From a virus (Duplodnaviria; Caudoviricetes): a stretch of 50,989 bases of DNA. Within the stretch, counting starts at the first letter, position 1; each line of letters opens with the position of its first letter. A program made the position numbers and the translations under genes. Below, in pieces: positions 1 to 8,566 of the stretch. Under the pieces are notes generated by a model. It worked only from the letters and a program-made list of their open reading frames with translations, was not told the origin of the DNA and did not search any database. The stretch lies in IMG/VR virus record IMGVR_UViG_3300006755_000004, positions 1 to 50,989 of that record. One strand, given 5' to 3'.

Positions 1-1576
1 GCAGATCGGGGTATTCCTCGAAGACCTCCTTGGCCTGAGGGAACGCCTCGACAGTATCGGCCAGCGACGCGTCGAACCGGCTGTCACCGCCCGACCGCTC
101 GACGATGACCTCCTTGACCTGCTCCGCCTTGAACTTGGGGATCTCGTACACGCGGGCAACGTCGTCGATCGAGTTCTTGCCCCGATACCGAGTGTATGTT
201 CCGATGTTGCCGACCCGGTCGATCCCGTACCGCTTGATCATGTGCTGGCGAACGTAATCTCGGTTCTCGTCATCGAAGTCGAGGTCGACGTCCGGCAGGT
301 CGTGGCGGTTGGGGTCGATGAATCGCTCGAACATCATCTGCGGATACAGCATCGGGTCGATCTCGGTGATGCGCAGGAGGTAGCACACCAGCGACGCGGC
401 GGCTGAGCCTCGCGCCGGTCCGACCGGAATGCCGGCATCCTTGGTGTGGCGAACGGCGTCCGACAGCATCAGGAAGTAGTCGACGAAGTCCTTGCTGACG
501 ATCAGGTCGAGCTCGTACTCGGCACGCGCCTTGTAGTTGAGCTGCCTGTCACGCGGGAACTTGTTGAAGCCTCGATACTTCCATCCGTCGTTCATCCACT
601 TGCGGATCATGTCGACCGATGACATGCCCTCCTTGAATCCAGCCTCGCCCTCGATCGGATAGCGGACCCGGTCCATCTTGGGCAGCAGGACCTGGCAGCG
701 CTCTGCGATCTCGGCTGTGGATGCGATGGCCTCCTCGGCTCCGCGCTTCGAGAGCCCGGTCCCGCGCAGCCGCTCGTACACCATCTGGTCCGACGTCGGG
801 AACGTCAGCCGGATGTCGTATTCCCACCCCGCCTCGGCGGCGGCCACGGTACCGATGTTGCGACCAGCCGCATGCAGAATCTTCTGCATCTCATTGTCTT
901 CGGGGAATGGATAATGGCAGTCAGATGTTGCAGCAAGCTTGATTCCGTACTTCTTACCCATCTGTTCATACCACTGGTTCAACTGGCCAGAGCGAGACAG
1001 TTCGGGGAACTGCTGCGTCTCCAGGTAGTACCGGTCTCCGAACAGCTTCTGGAAGCTACGCAGCGTCTTGATGGCTGCGCGCTCGTCTCCCTTGCGGATC
1101 CACTTCCCGCCGAGGAGGTTGTTGGCGAGCATGCTGTCCGCACACCCCGACAGGCAGATGAGCCCCTCGTGGTGGTCCTTGAGCATCTCGCCGGTCACAG
1201 TCGGCCAGCGGTAGAACCCCTCGGCCCAGGACCGCGTCACGATCTGGTTCAGGTTGTGCAGCCCGGTCTCGTCCATCGCGAGCAGCGTGAGGTGTGCCTT
1301 CTGCGACATGCCGACGCGGACGGCACCCTTCTTGTCCACCCACTCCATCTCGCGCATGTTCGACGGAGCGGTATACGCCTCCAGGCCGAACAGCGGACGC
1401 ACGCCGTACTTCTGGCAGGACAGCATGTGCTTGACGTGAGACGAGATGTTGCCGTGCTCGGTCAGGGCCAGAGCCGTCATGCCAAGTTCGGCCGCCCGCT
1501 TGGCGTGCGTGTCGGGCGATCCGTATCCGTCCATGTACGAATACGTTGTGTGGTGGTGCAGCGACACATACTTCAT
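1..1576 (-). CDS. dnaE: DNA polymerase III alpha subunit (DnaE-like), 5' part; runs off the window edge
   Basis: Manual translation: N-terminal PHP motifs (MKYVSLHHHTTYSYMDG, ALTEHGN), then GPARGSAAASLVCYLLRITEIDP and FERFIDPNRHDLPDVDLDF. ATGA overlap with the upstream gene. Confidence 0.95.
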   Translation of the reverse strand, partial: MKYVSLHHHTTYSYMDGYGSPDTHAKRAAELGMTALALTEHGNISSHVKHMLSCQKYGVRPLFGLEAYTAPSNMREMEWVDKKGAVRVGMSQKAHLTLLAMDETGLHNLNQIVTRSWAEGFYRWPTVTGEMLKDHHEGLICLSGCADSMLANNLLGGKWIRKGDERAAIKTLRSFQKLFGDRYYLETQQFPELSRSGQLNQWYEQMGKKYGIKLAATSDCHYPFPEDNEMQKILHAAGRNIGTVAAAEAGWEYDIRLTFPTSDQMVYERLRGTGLSKRGAEEAIASTAEIAERCQVLLPKMDRVRYPIEGEAGFKEGMSSVDMIRKWMNDGWKYRGFNKFPRDRQLNYKARAEYELDLIVSKDFVDYFLMLSDAVRHTKDAGIPVGPARGSAAASLVCYLLRITEIDPMLYPQMMFERFIDPNRHDLPDVDLDFDDENRDYVRQHMIKRYGIDRVGNIGTYTRYRGKNSIDDVARVYEIPKFKAEQVKEVIVERSGGDSRFDASLADTVEAFPQAKEVFEEYPDL

Positions 1577-1836
1577 TTGCAGTTGATCCTCACCCACGGG
1601 GAAGGCTCCAGCACAGCGCCGATCCGATTGCCTTCAGCGACCTGTTCCTGAAGCCATCCGAGGTACTTGTCCAGGTCATTTCGCGACACCTGGCATATGC
1701 GACTGGCTGCCTCGCACAGCGCCACGTGACGCCCCCGAATATACCGGTCCTTGTTGCCGGCATCCATCTCGCGTTTCGCGCTCAGGACCTCGGACAGCAA
1801 CCATGTGATCGTCGCTCTGCTGGGGGCTCCCGACAT
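1573..1836 (-). CDS. hypothetical protein (87 aa)
   Basis: ORF with AAGGA RBS; its stop overlaps the dnaE start. Confidence 0.7.
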   Translation of the reverse strand: MSGAPSRATITWLLSEVLSAKREMDAGNKDRYIRGRHVALCEAASRICQVSRNDLDKYLGWLQEQVAEGNRIGAVLEPSPWVRINCK

Positions 1837-1908
1837 GTTGTTCCTTTCATGCAGAGGGCCAGCCGCCCACCGGAGGGGTGGCAGGCGGCTGGCCCGGTCT
1901 CGCGGGTG

Positions 1909-2856
1909 TTACTGGTTGTTGGCCCAGTCGGCCAGCGTGCGGAGCCCGGCCTCCTGCTCCTTGCTCATGACGTGGTGGTCCTTCTGCGCCCGCTCGATGA
2001 GCGCGGTCGGAACCAGCGAGAGCGGCTCGCGGTCGGCACCGGGGTACGCCTCGTGGTAGTACCGCGTCTTGCCGTCCACCTGCTCGGTGATGATGCGGGG
2101 CTTGTGGTTGACGAGCTCCACGCCGTAGGGGTAGTAGTTCTGCTCGAAGTCGGCCTGAGCGAACTCCTCGGAGGCGAAGTCCGCCCCGTCGGCCCGGAAG
2201 CCGTACGCGCCCGTCTCAGCCATCGCCCGGACCGTCGCCTCACCCGGCGACCCGTCCGCCTCCCGCGCTCGCCTACGGGCCTCCCGCGCCCCGTCACGGA
2301 GCTCGTCGACGACGACGTGAACCCGCTCGGACCGGACGGCGTGGCCGATGGCGGCGGCGTGCTCCGCCTGCTCGCCGTGGATCATGTGCGTGGCGCGCTC
2401 TCGCACCAGCTCTCGGAACGGCGGCTTGAGCACGCCGGACATCTTGAGCGCGGTCTCGGGGTCGCCACCCACCATGCGGAAGAAGGCGTCCACGGCGGCG
2501 TCGTCCTCGGTGTAGACGTACGCCTGCTCCGCCTCGCGCTCCAGGCCGAACATGTGCAGCGTGAGGAAGAGGTGGCTGATCAGGTCCTTGATGATCTCGT
2601 CGGTGTCCTCGAAGTCCAGCTGCTCGCCGTCCCACATGGCCCGCTTGAGCTTGATCATCTTGCGGTGGATGTCGGAGTACTGTCCGCGCACACCGAGCTC
2701 GTACGCCGAGCCGGAGCCGTAGTCCCGGTTCTTCCGGGCGAAGAGCTCCAGCCACTCGGGCATGATCCGCTTGGCGATGACGTTCAGCTCGGGGCTGTCG
2801 TCCGCCTCGACCTCGACGTTGACGCCGTTGCCCTCGGGGTTGTCAGCGATCCGCAT
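1909..2856 (-). CDS. Nmad1/DUF1599-like (MazG-like all-alpha NTP pyrophosphatase fold) domain protein
   Basis: N-terminal FARKNRDYG...G..SDIHRKMIKLK...DTDEIIKDL pattern. Confidence 0.65.
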   Translation of the reverse strand: MRIADNPEGNGVNVEVEADDSPELNVIAKRIMPEWLELFARKNRDYGSGSAYELGVRGQYSDIHRKMIKLKRAMWDGEQLDFEDTDEIIKDLISHLFLTLHMFGLEREAEQAYVYTEDDAAVDAFFRMVGGDPETALKMSGVLKPPFRELVRERATHMIHGEQAEHAAAIGHAVRSERVHVVVDELRDGAREARRRAREADGSPGEATVRAMAETGAYGFRADGADFASEEFAQADFEQNYYPYGVELVNHKPRIITEQVDGKTRYYHEAYPGADREPLSLVPTALIERAQKDHHVMSKEQEAGLRTLADWANNQ

Positions 2857-3496
2857 AGATCCCAGTCCTGTTCTTGTGCATGTCGATCAGCTCCAGGATC
2901 GTCTCCTGTGCTGCCTTCAAGGTCCAGACGAACATCTGGTCCTGGTCGGGCACGTAGCCCTGGTTGGCCTCGTTGCGCCTCATGATGCTTGGCACTCCGA
3001 GGTTGTTGGCGACCCCCAGCTGGCTGAGGTCGTCGTCGAGGGCGCACACCACACGGTCGCGCCCGACCGACTTGACGAGATCCCTGTACTTGTGCTCGCC
3101 GTACAGGATGTGGTCGACCTTGATCCCGTTCCGGCGGAGCCAGTGCTGGGTGTCGAGGTCGATGGTGCTCATGGCGAGGTACGGCCGTGTCGTACAGGCG
3201 GCGACGCCCACACCCGCGCCACGGATCGCGCGGACCATGTCGTCTGCTCCCTCGAACATCGGGATGGAGCGCTTCATGCCGCCCATCCTGTATGCGAGCT
3301 TGCACTGCCTGTACACCGCACGGCTCATGCCGAGCTGCTTATAGAACGGACCTACGACCTCGGGGTCCCACACGATGTCTCGCCCGGTCCACATCTGTGC
3401 GAACCGTTCGAAGTGCCTGTGGTAGTCCCCGAGGGTTCCGTCGAGGTCCAGCGCTACCAGAGGAGCGCTAGGCCCCGGTCGTGTCGAGCGATACAC
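2843..3496 (-). CDS. HAD-superfamily phosphatase / nucleotidase
   Basis: Motif I LVALDLDGTL, motif II CTTRP, motif IV ALDDD. Confidence 0.85.
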   Translation of the reverse strand: MYRSTRPGPSAPLVALDLDGTLGDYHRHFERFAQMWTGRDIVWDPEVVGPFYKQLGMSRAVYRQCKLAYRMGGMKRSIPMFEGADDMVRAIRGAGVGVAACTTRPYLAMSTIDLDTQHWLRRNGIKVDHILYGEHKYRDLVKSVGRDRVVCALDDDLSQLGVANNLGVPSIMRRNEANQGYVPDQDQMFVWTLKAAQETILELIDMHKNRTGIYADR

Positions 3497-4262
3497 CCGT
3501 CTGTACTCCGTCCATGATCTTGTTGGCCTCCTCCCAGGCCTCGTGCGAGAGGACGCCCTTGGTCCACTTGCCGTACCGGCCCATCCGGTGAACGACCGGG
3601 AAGCAGCGGCAGTTGGTCTGCAACGGCTTCACGACTCGCCAGATCTGGCCGTTGTACGCCAGCGGGTACTTGTTGTGCGGCCACTCCGTGTTGGTGAAGC
3701 CCTGGATCTTCGAGGCCCTGTACCAGTCGAACCCCGGCTCTCCGTTGCACAGAACCGTGTTGTCCGACAGCGTGCACTCAAGCTCGTTCGTGGCCCACAC
3801 GAGCTCGTGTCCGAACCGGTGCCGACTGTCGTGGCAGAGCACCGTCGCCGGGATCGTCGAGATGACGACGTCCGGCCTCCAGTCCTTCATCAGCTTGGAC
3901 AGGATGGTCGGCGTGATGTCGACGTCGTGGACGTCCGAGCCGTACAGCGACCACAGGCTGTCGTACGCCTCGCGGATGTCCCAGGCGAGATGGCGACCCA
4001 CGAGCGTCTCGGGGCTGACCTCGACCTTGGCGTCCGGCCCGTACACCTTGTCTCTGTAACCGGCCACGCTGCCGCTGATCTCGTAGTTGATCAGGAACGG
4101 CTCCTTGATCGACACACCAGGAATCGGCGCGTGCAGATACTGGGCTCCGTTCATGAACGACTTGCGAGCCTTGGACACGACGATGAAGTCCGCGCCCCGG
4201 CTGTACGCCGCGTGTGCCGCGATCATCCCGGCCGGACCGCATCCCAGAATCAGGACCTTCAC
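3468..4262 (-). CDS. FAD/NAD(P)-dependent oxidoreductase
   Basis: GTG start (GTGA overlap); Rossmann motif KVLILGCGPAGMIAA; GAQYLH; C-terminal GRYGKW flavin-binding-type motif. Confidence 0.8.
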   Translation of the reverse strand: MKVLILGCGPAGMIAAHAAYSRGADFIVVSKARKSFMNGAQYLHAPIPGVSIKEPFLINYEISGSVAGYRDKVYGPDAKVEVSPETLVGRHLAWDIREAYDSLWSLYGSDVHDVDITPTILSKLMKDWRPDVVISTIPATVLCHDSRHRFGHELVWATNELECTLSDNTVLCNGEPGFDWYRASKIQGFTNTEWPHNKYPLAYNGQIWRVVKPLQTNCRCFPVVHRMGRYGKWTKGVLSHEAWEEANKIMDGVQTGVSLDTTGA

Positions 4263-4438
4263 TGAACGATCTCCACTGTCTCGATCGGCTTCTGTCCGAC
4301 CTCGTGGATACGAGACCGGATCGCTCCAGCCCTTGCGTGCGGAACGCACTGTGAGTCTATCACGTGAACTCCGCCGCACGACTGGACCTTCTCGCAGGTG
4401 CATCCCGGCTCATTCGGGAGGCAGCAGACAAGGCTCAT
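4259..4438 (-). CDS. small Cys-rich hypothetical protein
   Basis: MSLVCCLPNEPGCTCEK...; 4-bp overlaps at both ends. Confidence 0.5.
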   Translation of the reverse strand: MSLVCCLPNEPGCTCEKVQSCGGVHVIDSQCVPHARAGAIRSRIHEVGQKPIETVEIVQ

Positions 4439-4674
4439 CTCTTGAGCACCGACAATCCGGGGTGCGGCATCCTCTTGAACGCCGCGAGGTCCTTCGGGTC
4501 GGCCCATCGCTTGGGGTTGAAGCCCCAAGCCTCCGCGTCGAAGTCATCCGCCATGACCTGGTGGTCGAGCCACAGGTCCAGCAGAGCGTTCACGAGGTCC
4601 ATGTTGCCCTGGTCCTTCGCGCTCCTGATGCGGATCTTGAGGTAGTCCAATGCTTCAGGCTGGATGTTCGGCAT
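4435..4674 (-). CDS. hypothetical protein (79 aa)
   Basis: Operon-coupled ORF. Confidence 0.7.
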   Translation of the reverse strand: MPNIQPEALDYLKIRIRSAKDQGNMDLVNALLDLWLDHQVMADDFDAEAWGFNPKRWADPKDLAAFKRMPHPGLSVLKR

Positions 4675-5234
4675 TAGATATTCACCACCCTCGATCTGAT
4701 GTTGTCCGGCAGCCAGAGGTCGTCGACCTCCATTGCCGCCTTGTCCTGCTTGTTGACCCTGAGCTCGTAGCCGCCACCTTCAGCGGGCACGGGCCAGAGG
4801 GTCGGCCAGTACTCGTCGACCTCCGACCATGGTACCTTCACATCGGCCACGATGGCCTTGTGTCGAAGTCCAGTCGACCAGTGCGACTTGATGACGTCCT
4901 CGTCCTCGTGCCATGCCGGCATGGCGAACACGTGGCCGCCCCGGACGAGGTCGCGCCCGGCTCCGGCGAACTGCCAGAACCAGCCGGGGTCGTCGAAGCG
5001 GTTGAGCCGCATCTCCTGGCAGGCCAGTGCACCGTACACGCAGAGCGCGAGATGGCTGTCCTTCCATCCCATCTCTGCTGCCGGCAACTTCTCAGCCCCG
5101 CCTGCCAGTCGGCTGTGCGCGGAACCCAACACCCTGACCATCTCAGCCAGTTGTTCGTCCATCAGCCAGTCGAGCGTCAGCGTCGGCCTCGGATCGAGCC
5201 ACCAGATGACTCGCGGGTCGCTCACTTGAACCAT
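4674..5234 (-). CDS. divergent pyrimidine-dimer DNA glycosylase/DenV-like (MSMEG_6728-type) protein
   Basis: PAAEMGWKDSHLALCVYGALACQE...MPAWHEDEDVIKSH resembles the family pattern HPA..MW.G...AL..YG...C.E...P.W.GD...H.SH. Confidence 0.5.
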   Translation of the reverse strand: MVQVSDPRVIWWLDPRPTLTLDWLMDEQLAEMVRVLGSAHSRLAGGAEKLPAAEMGWKDSHLALCVYGALACQEMRLNRFDDPGWFWQFAGAGRDLVRGGHVFAMPAWHEDEDVIKSHWSTGLRHKAIVADVKVPWSEVDEYWPTLWPVPAEGGGYELRVNKQDKAAMEVDDLWLPDNIRSRVVNI

Positions 5235-5422
5235 CCTTCCACTTCGTCAGCCGAGACGCCCGGCTTGTGCTCCACGACGTCGATGATCTCGAAGCCCTGG
5301 TCCTCCAGCTCGTCGGCCCGGTCGTTGGCACCGTCCTCGCTGTACGACACGACCGATGCCCGCACCTCGCCACGCTCATCACGCCAGACCGGCTTGAAGC
5401 AGCGGTATGTGCTCCTTTTCAT
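5222..5422 (-). CDS. hypothetical protein (66 aa)
   Basis: MKRSTYRCFKPVW...; GGAGG RBS, ATGA overlap. Confidence 0.65.
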   Translation of the reverse strand: MKRSTYRCFKPVWRDERGEVRASVVSYSEDGANDRADELEDQGFEIIDVVEHKPGVSADEVEGWFK

Positions 5423-5754
5423 CGCCGATCCTCCATGCGGATCTCCAGGCAGTTGGACGACGTCGGCTTGATCAGCACGGTCGTGGCCGCGTATATCTTC
5501 AGCGTGTCGCCCTCGACGTGCACGTTGAACTCGTCTCCCCACGCCTTCCCCGTGGGCACCTTGAAGATGATGCGCGGGCTCTTGCCCAGCGCTTCGTTGT
5601 CGACCTCGTGCGGCCCCTGGAGGAAGGTGTTGCTGTCGCTCACGTCCTGTTCGAGTGCCTTCTGCAAGGTTCGGATCGTTCCCCGCAGCGAGTTGATGTG
5701 GTCTTGGACCCACTTGGGCAGGTTGCCTTCACGAGGGTCGATCTTGTAGTACAT
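5419..5754 (-). CDS. hypothetical protein (111 aa)
   Basis: GGAGG RBS; codon pattern consistent with coding. Confidence 0.7.
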   Translation of the reverse strand: MYYKIDPREGNLPKWVQDHINSLRGTIRTLQKALEQDVSDSNTFLQGPHEVDNEALGKSPRIIFKVPTGKAWGDEFNVHVEGDTLKIYAATTVLIKPTSSNCLEIRMEDRR

Positions 5755-5836
5755 CCTCCACCTCCCTCAAGGCCGCGCCCCGGCTGCGTCCAGCTCCCTT
5801 GTGGGAGGCCGGGGCACGACGTTCAAGGAGCGGGGA

Positions 5837-6574
5837 TCAGCCCGCCGAGACCGCGATGCCGACCATCTGGCCGGACTTCACGAGGAAGTCGTCGCGGTCG
5901 CCCTGCTTGACGTCGACGGAGGTGTCGACGACCTTGAGCTCCCAGCCCGCTCCCTCGCCCTGGATGACGCGGCCGTCCTCACCGCGCTTGCGCCGGAGGT
6001 GCGCGACGGCGATGGTGTTCTTCGGCTTGTACAGGCTGGGCTCGATCCACGCCACGGGCGACTTGGTTCCGCCGGTGGAGTCGTACAGCGTGACCGTGAT
6101 GTTCTTGGCCCGCTTCATGTCCGAGCCCCGCTTGAACGCGGTCGCGTTGAGGACGATGTCGGTGATGCGGATCGGGATCCGCTTGAGGTCCAGCCGGAGC
6201 GTCTCGTCGTCGCCCGCACCCTCGCCGGTCTGGTTGTCACCGGTGTGCGTGGCGGAACCGGCGGCGGAGCCCTCGTTGGCGAAGGTGTCGACCTCGTCCC
6301 AGCCGAGGTACTTGACCGGCTTGGTCCCGGCGTACATCGTGCCGACACCATCCAGGTCGGACCCGACGCTGCGGTTCAGGACGCCGAGCAGGCCGCCCTT
6401 GCCGCCCGTGGACTTGTCCCAGCCCAGGCCCATCTCGATGATCTCGACGCCGTCCAGCGGGTTCCAGCCGTCCTCCGGCGTGATGGTCTGGAGCTGCGCG
6501 TAGTCGACCTCGACCACCTGGGTCGTGTAACCCTGCGGCGTCGGAGCGGCGTCCTTGCTGAAGATCCCAGCCAT
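5837..6574 (-). CDS. terD: TerD/TerZ-family stress protein
   Basis: GLGWD, SDLD and HTGDNQTGEGAGDDETLRLDL are TerD-domain signatures. Confidence 0.85.
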   Translation of the reverse strand: MAGIFSKDAAPTPQGYTTQVVEVDYAQLQTITPEDGWNPLDGVEIIEMGLGWDKSTGGKGGLLGVLNRSVGSDLDGVGTMYAGTKPVKYLGWDEVDTFANEGSAAGSATHTGDNQTGEGAGDDETLRLDLKRIPIRITDIVLNATAFKRGSDMKRAKNITVTLYDSTGGTKSPVAWIEPSLYKPKNTIAVAHLRRKRGEDGRVIQGEGAGWELKVVDTSVDVKQGDRDDFLVKSGQMVGIAVSAG

Positions 6575-6618
6575 GAGAATGCAGTCCTTACCCCGGTCCA
6601 CTCAGACCGGAATCAGTA

Positions 6619-6720
6619 GGAGCCCGCGTAAGGGCTCCGCGAAGCGGGGTCGGCCCCTTTGACCGACCCCAGGGGGAAAGCGTGCCGGAGGCCCCGTAGC
6701 GCGTCGCCGTGGGGCCTCCG
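6619..6720. terminator. three tandem GC-rich hairpins in the SSB-terD spacer (terminator or RNA-stability element)
   Basis: Inverted repeats at 6619-6638, 6646-6670 and 6686-6720. Confidence 0.55.
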
Positions 6721-6743
6721 TGGGTGTTGTCGTGCCGCGCCGG

Positions 6744-7604
6744 TTAGAACGGCGGCTCGTCCTCGCCGTCCTCGATGACGATCTCGTCCTCGACGAGCTT
6801 CGCCAGGAGCTTCTTCTTACCAGCGGGACCCTTGAAAGGGTTGAGGTCCGAGTCCTCGTACTCGTACTGCTTGGCGAGCTTCTTCAGCTCCACGAGGGAC
6901 ATCTTGGCGGCGTCCGCGTAGGAGATGCCCTCCTCGTCGGACTCCTCCTCGGCCTCGTCCTCCTCGTCCTCCTCGGAGTCGTCGTCCGAGTCGTCCTCGT
7001 CCTCCACCTCCTCGTCGTCCTCCGGCTCGTCGGCGACGTCCTCGTCCTCCTCGTCCTCGATCTCGTCCTCGACGTCGTCCTCCTCGGGCTCCGCCTCGTC
7101 GTCGGCCTCGACCTTGGACTTGGGCTTCCAGCCGGGGATGATGTCGGCCGACTCCGCGATCCAGGGCGTCTCCTCGCCCTCGATGGCGTTGCGCGTGTCC
7201 TTCTTGCGCTGGAAGGTCATGCCCGCCTTGACGCCCTCGGGCTTGCGACCGCCGACGGTCTTGACCTTGCCGCCGTCCTCGACGTCCTCGTGCACGACGT
7301 CGGCCATGTTCTTGCCGCAGACGGCCTGCATGTACTGGGCGATCCGGGTCTGCTGGATCTCGTGCTCGCCGGGGATCAGGCGGTGCCAGGCGGTGAAGCC
7401 CTTGCACTCGCCGGACTCGACCTCCCACATCGTGTTGATGTACGGGGTGCCGGGGTTCTTGGAGTTCTCCCCGGTCAGACGGATGGTCGCCGTCTTCTGG
7501 ACGACCGGGTAGATCACGCCCGGCTTCGGCAGCGGACCCTCGTACGGGGTGAAGCCGGAGTCCGTGGAGACGTTGTTGCCAACGCCGAACTTCATCTTGG
7601 GCAT
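6744..7604 (-). CDS. putative ssDNA-binding protein (DUF669/OB-fold-like) with long acidic tail
   Basis: Adjacent to AAA ATPase and exonuclease; Asp/Glu-rich tract; C-terminus DEPPF typical of SSBs. Confidence 0.65.
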   Translation of the reverse strand: MPKMKFGVGNNVSTDSGFTPYEGPLPKPGVIYPVVQKTATIRLTGENSKNPGTPYINTMWEVESGECKGFTAWHRLIPGEHEIQQTRIAQYMQAVCGKNMADVVHEDVEDGGKVKTVGGRKPEGVKAGMTFQRKKDTRNAIEGEETPWIAESADIIPGWKPKSKVEADDEAEPEEDDVEDEIEDEEDEDVADEPEDDEEVEDEDDSDDDSEEDEEDEAEEESDEEGISYADAAKMSLVELKKLAKQYEYEDSDLNPFKGPAGKKKLLAKLVEDEIVIEDGEDEPPF

Positions 7605-7620
7605 GTGCTGTGTACTCCCT

Positions 7621-8403
7621 CTATCGGGTGGTGCGTGCGGTGGTGGTCTTCTTGGCTGCCGCCTTGCGGACAGGCCGTGCCGCCGGAGCCTCGATGATCT
7701 CGCGGATCCCGGCCAGCGTCGGCTTGTCGATGTAGCGCGGCAGCTTGTTGAAGCGGTCCTTGCCCCTGTACGGGCCGGTGTTCCGGAAGTAGACGCGTCG
7801 CACCTCGCGACCGTTGTCGTCCTCCGCCATCACCCCGTACCCGGCCACGTTCATGTGGCCGAGAGCCTGCTGGGCTACCTCACCGCGTCCGCCGTGCACG
7901 TACGGGAGGATGTAGGGCTCGCCCTCGCCGTCCTCCAGGTGCATCGGGTGCGCGGTGAAGAGCGTGTTCATCGGCAGGTCGTTGAACTGCATGATGAACT
8001 TGATCGTCTGGATCTGCGCCTTCTGGTGCACGTCCATGGACGGAACGTCCGGGTCGCGCTTGCCGGGCTGAGCGGCGTACGAGGCGTCCAGGGCCGATCG
8101 CTGGAGGATGCGCTGGGCTCCTCCGACGGTGTCGATGCAGGCCCACTTGAACTCTTCGGAGCCCTCGTCCCGCAGCCAGCGGTACGCCTCGTCCAGGTCC
8201 TTGTAGGTCTTGATCGGCCACTCCTCAGCGGAGCTGCCCATCGCACCGGCGGAGATGGTGCCCTCGGGGTCGCACGTGAGGAACAGCACCCCTTCGTCCG
8301 ACCCGCCGAACACCGTCTTGCCCCATCCCGCATCCGCCACGAGCGTCATGTGGATGAATGCCTTCTGGCCCTTCACAGACCTGATGGCTTTAGGCCGCGC
8401 CAT
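7621..8403 (-). CDS. AAA-24/Sak4-like recombination ATPase
   Basis: Walker A-like ADAGWGKT, DPEG, Walker B ACIDT, FTAH, KDRF. Confidence 0.8.
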   Translation of the reverse strand: MARPKAIRSVKGQKAFIHMTLVADAGWGKTVFGGSDEGVLFLTCDPEGTISAGAMGSSAEEWPIKTYKDLDEAYRWLRDEGSEEFKWACIDTVGGAQRILQRSALDASYAAQPGKRDPDVPSMDVHQKAQIQTIKFIMQFNDLPMNTLFTAHPMHLEDGEGEPYILPYVHGGRGEVAQQALGHMNVAGYGVMAEDDNGREVRRVYFRNTGPYRGKDRFNKLPRYIDKPTLAGIREIIEAPAARPVRKAAAKKTTTARTTR

Positions 8404-8566
8404 CGTCCTCCTCTTCCATCTCCGCGATCCGCTGGTCGATCTCGTCGAGCCTCGTGCGGATGAACTCGTGATCGTCGGCGCTTATGGCCTGAGCGCCGAG
8501 CGCCCGGCCGATCCTACGCCTCAGTCGGTCAACCTCGCCGGGGCCAGCGTCCTTGACGCTCCTCAT
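8390..8566 (-). CDS. hypothetical protein (58 aa)
   Basis: MRSVKDAGPGE...; ATGA coupling. Confidence 0.6.
   Translation of the reverse strand: MRSVKDAGPGEVDRLRRRIGRALGAQAISADDHEFIRTRLDEIDQRIAEMEEEDDGAA

Noticed and set aside
1-1576. Intein or intron in dnaE (also checked terL and the helicase)
   Set aside because: Motifs are contiguous with normal spacing, and no intein splice motifs or homing endonuclease were seen.
6925-7110. TCC/TCG trinucleotide-like repeat tract (also 38225-38320)
   Set aside because: It encodes Asp/Glu-rich protein segments in the SSB tail and scaffold; it is not a DNA repeat element.
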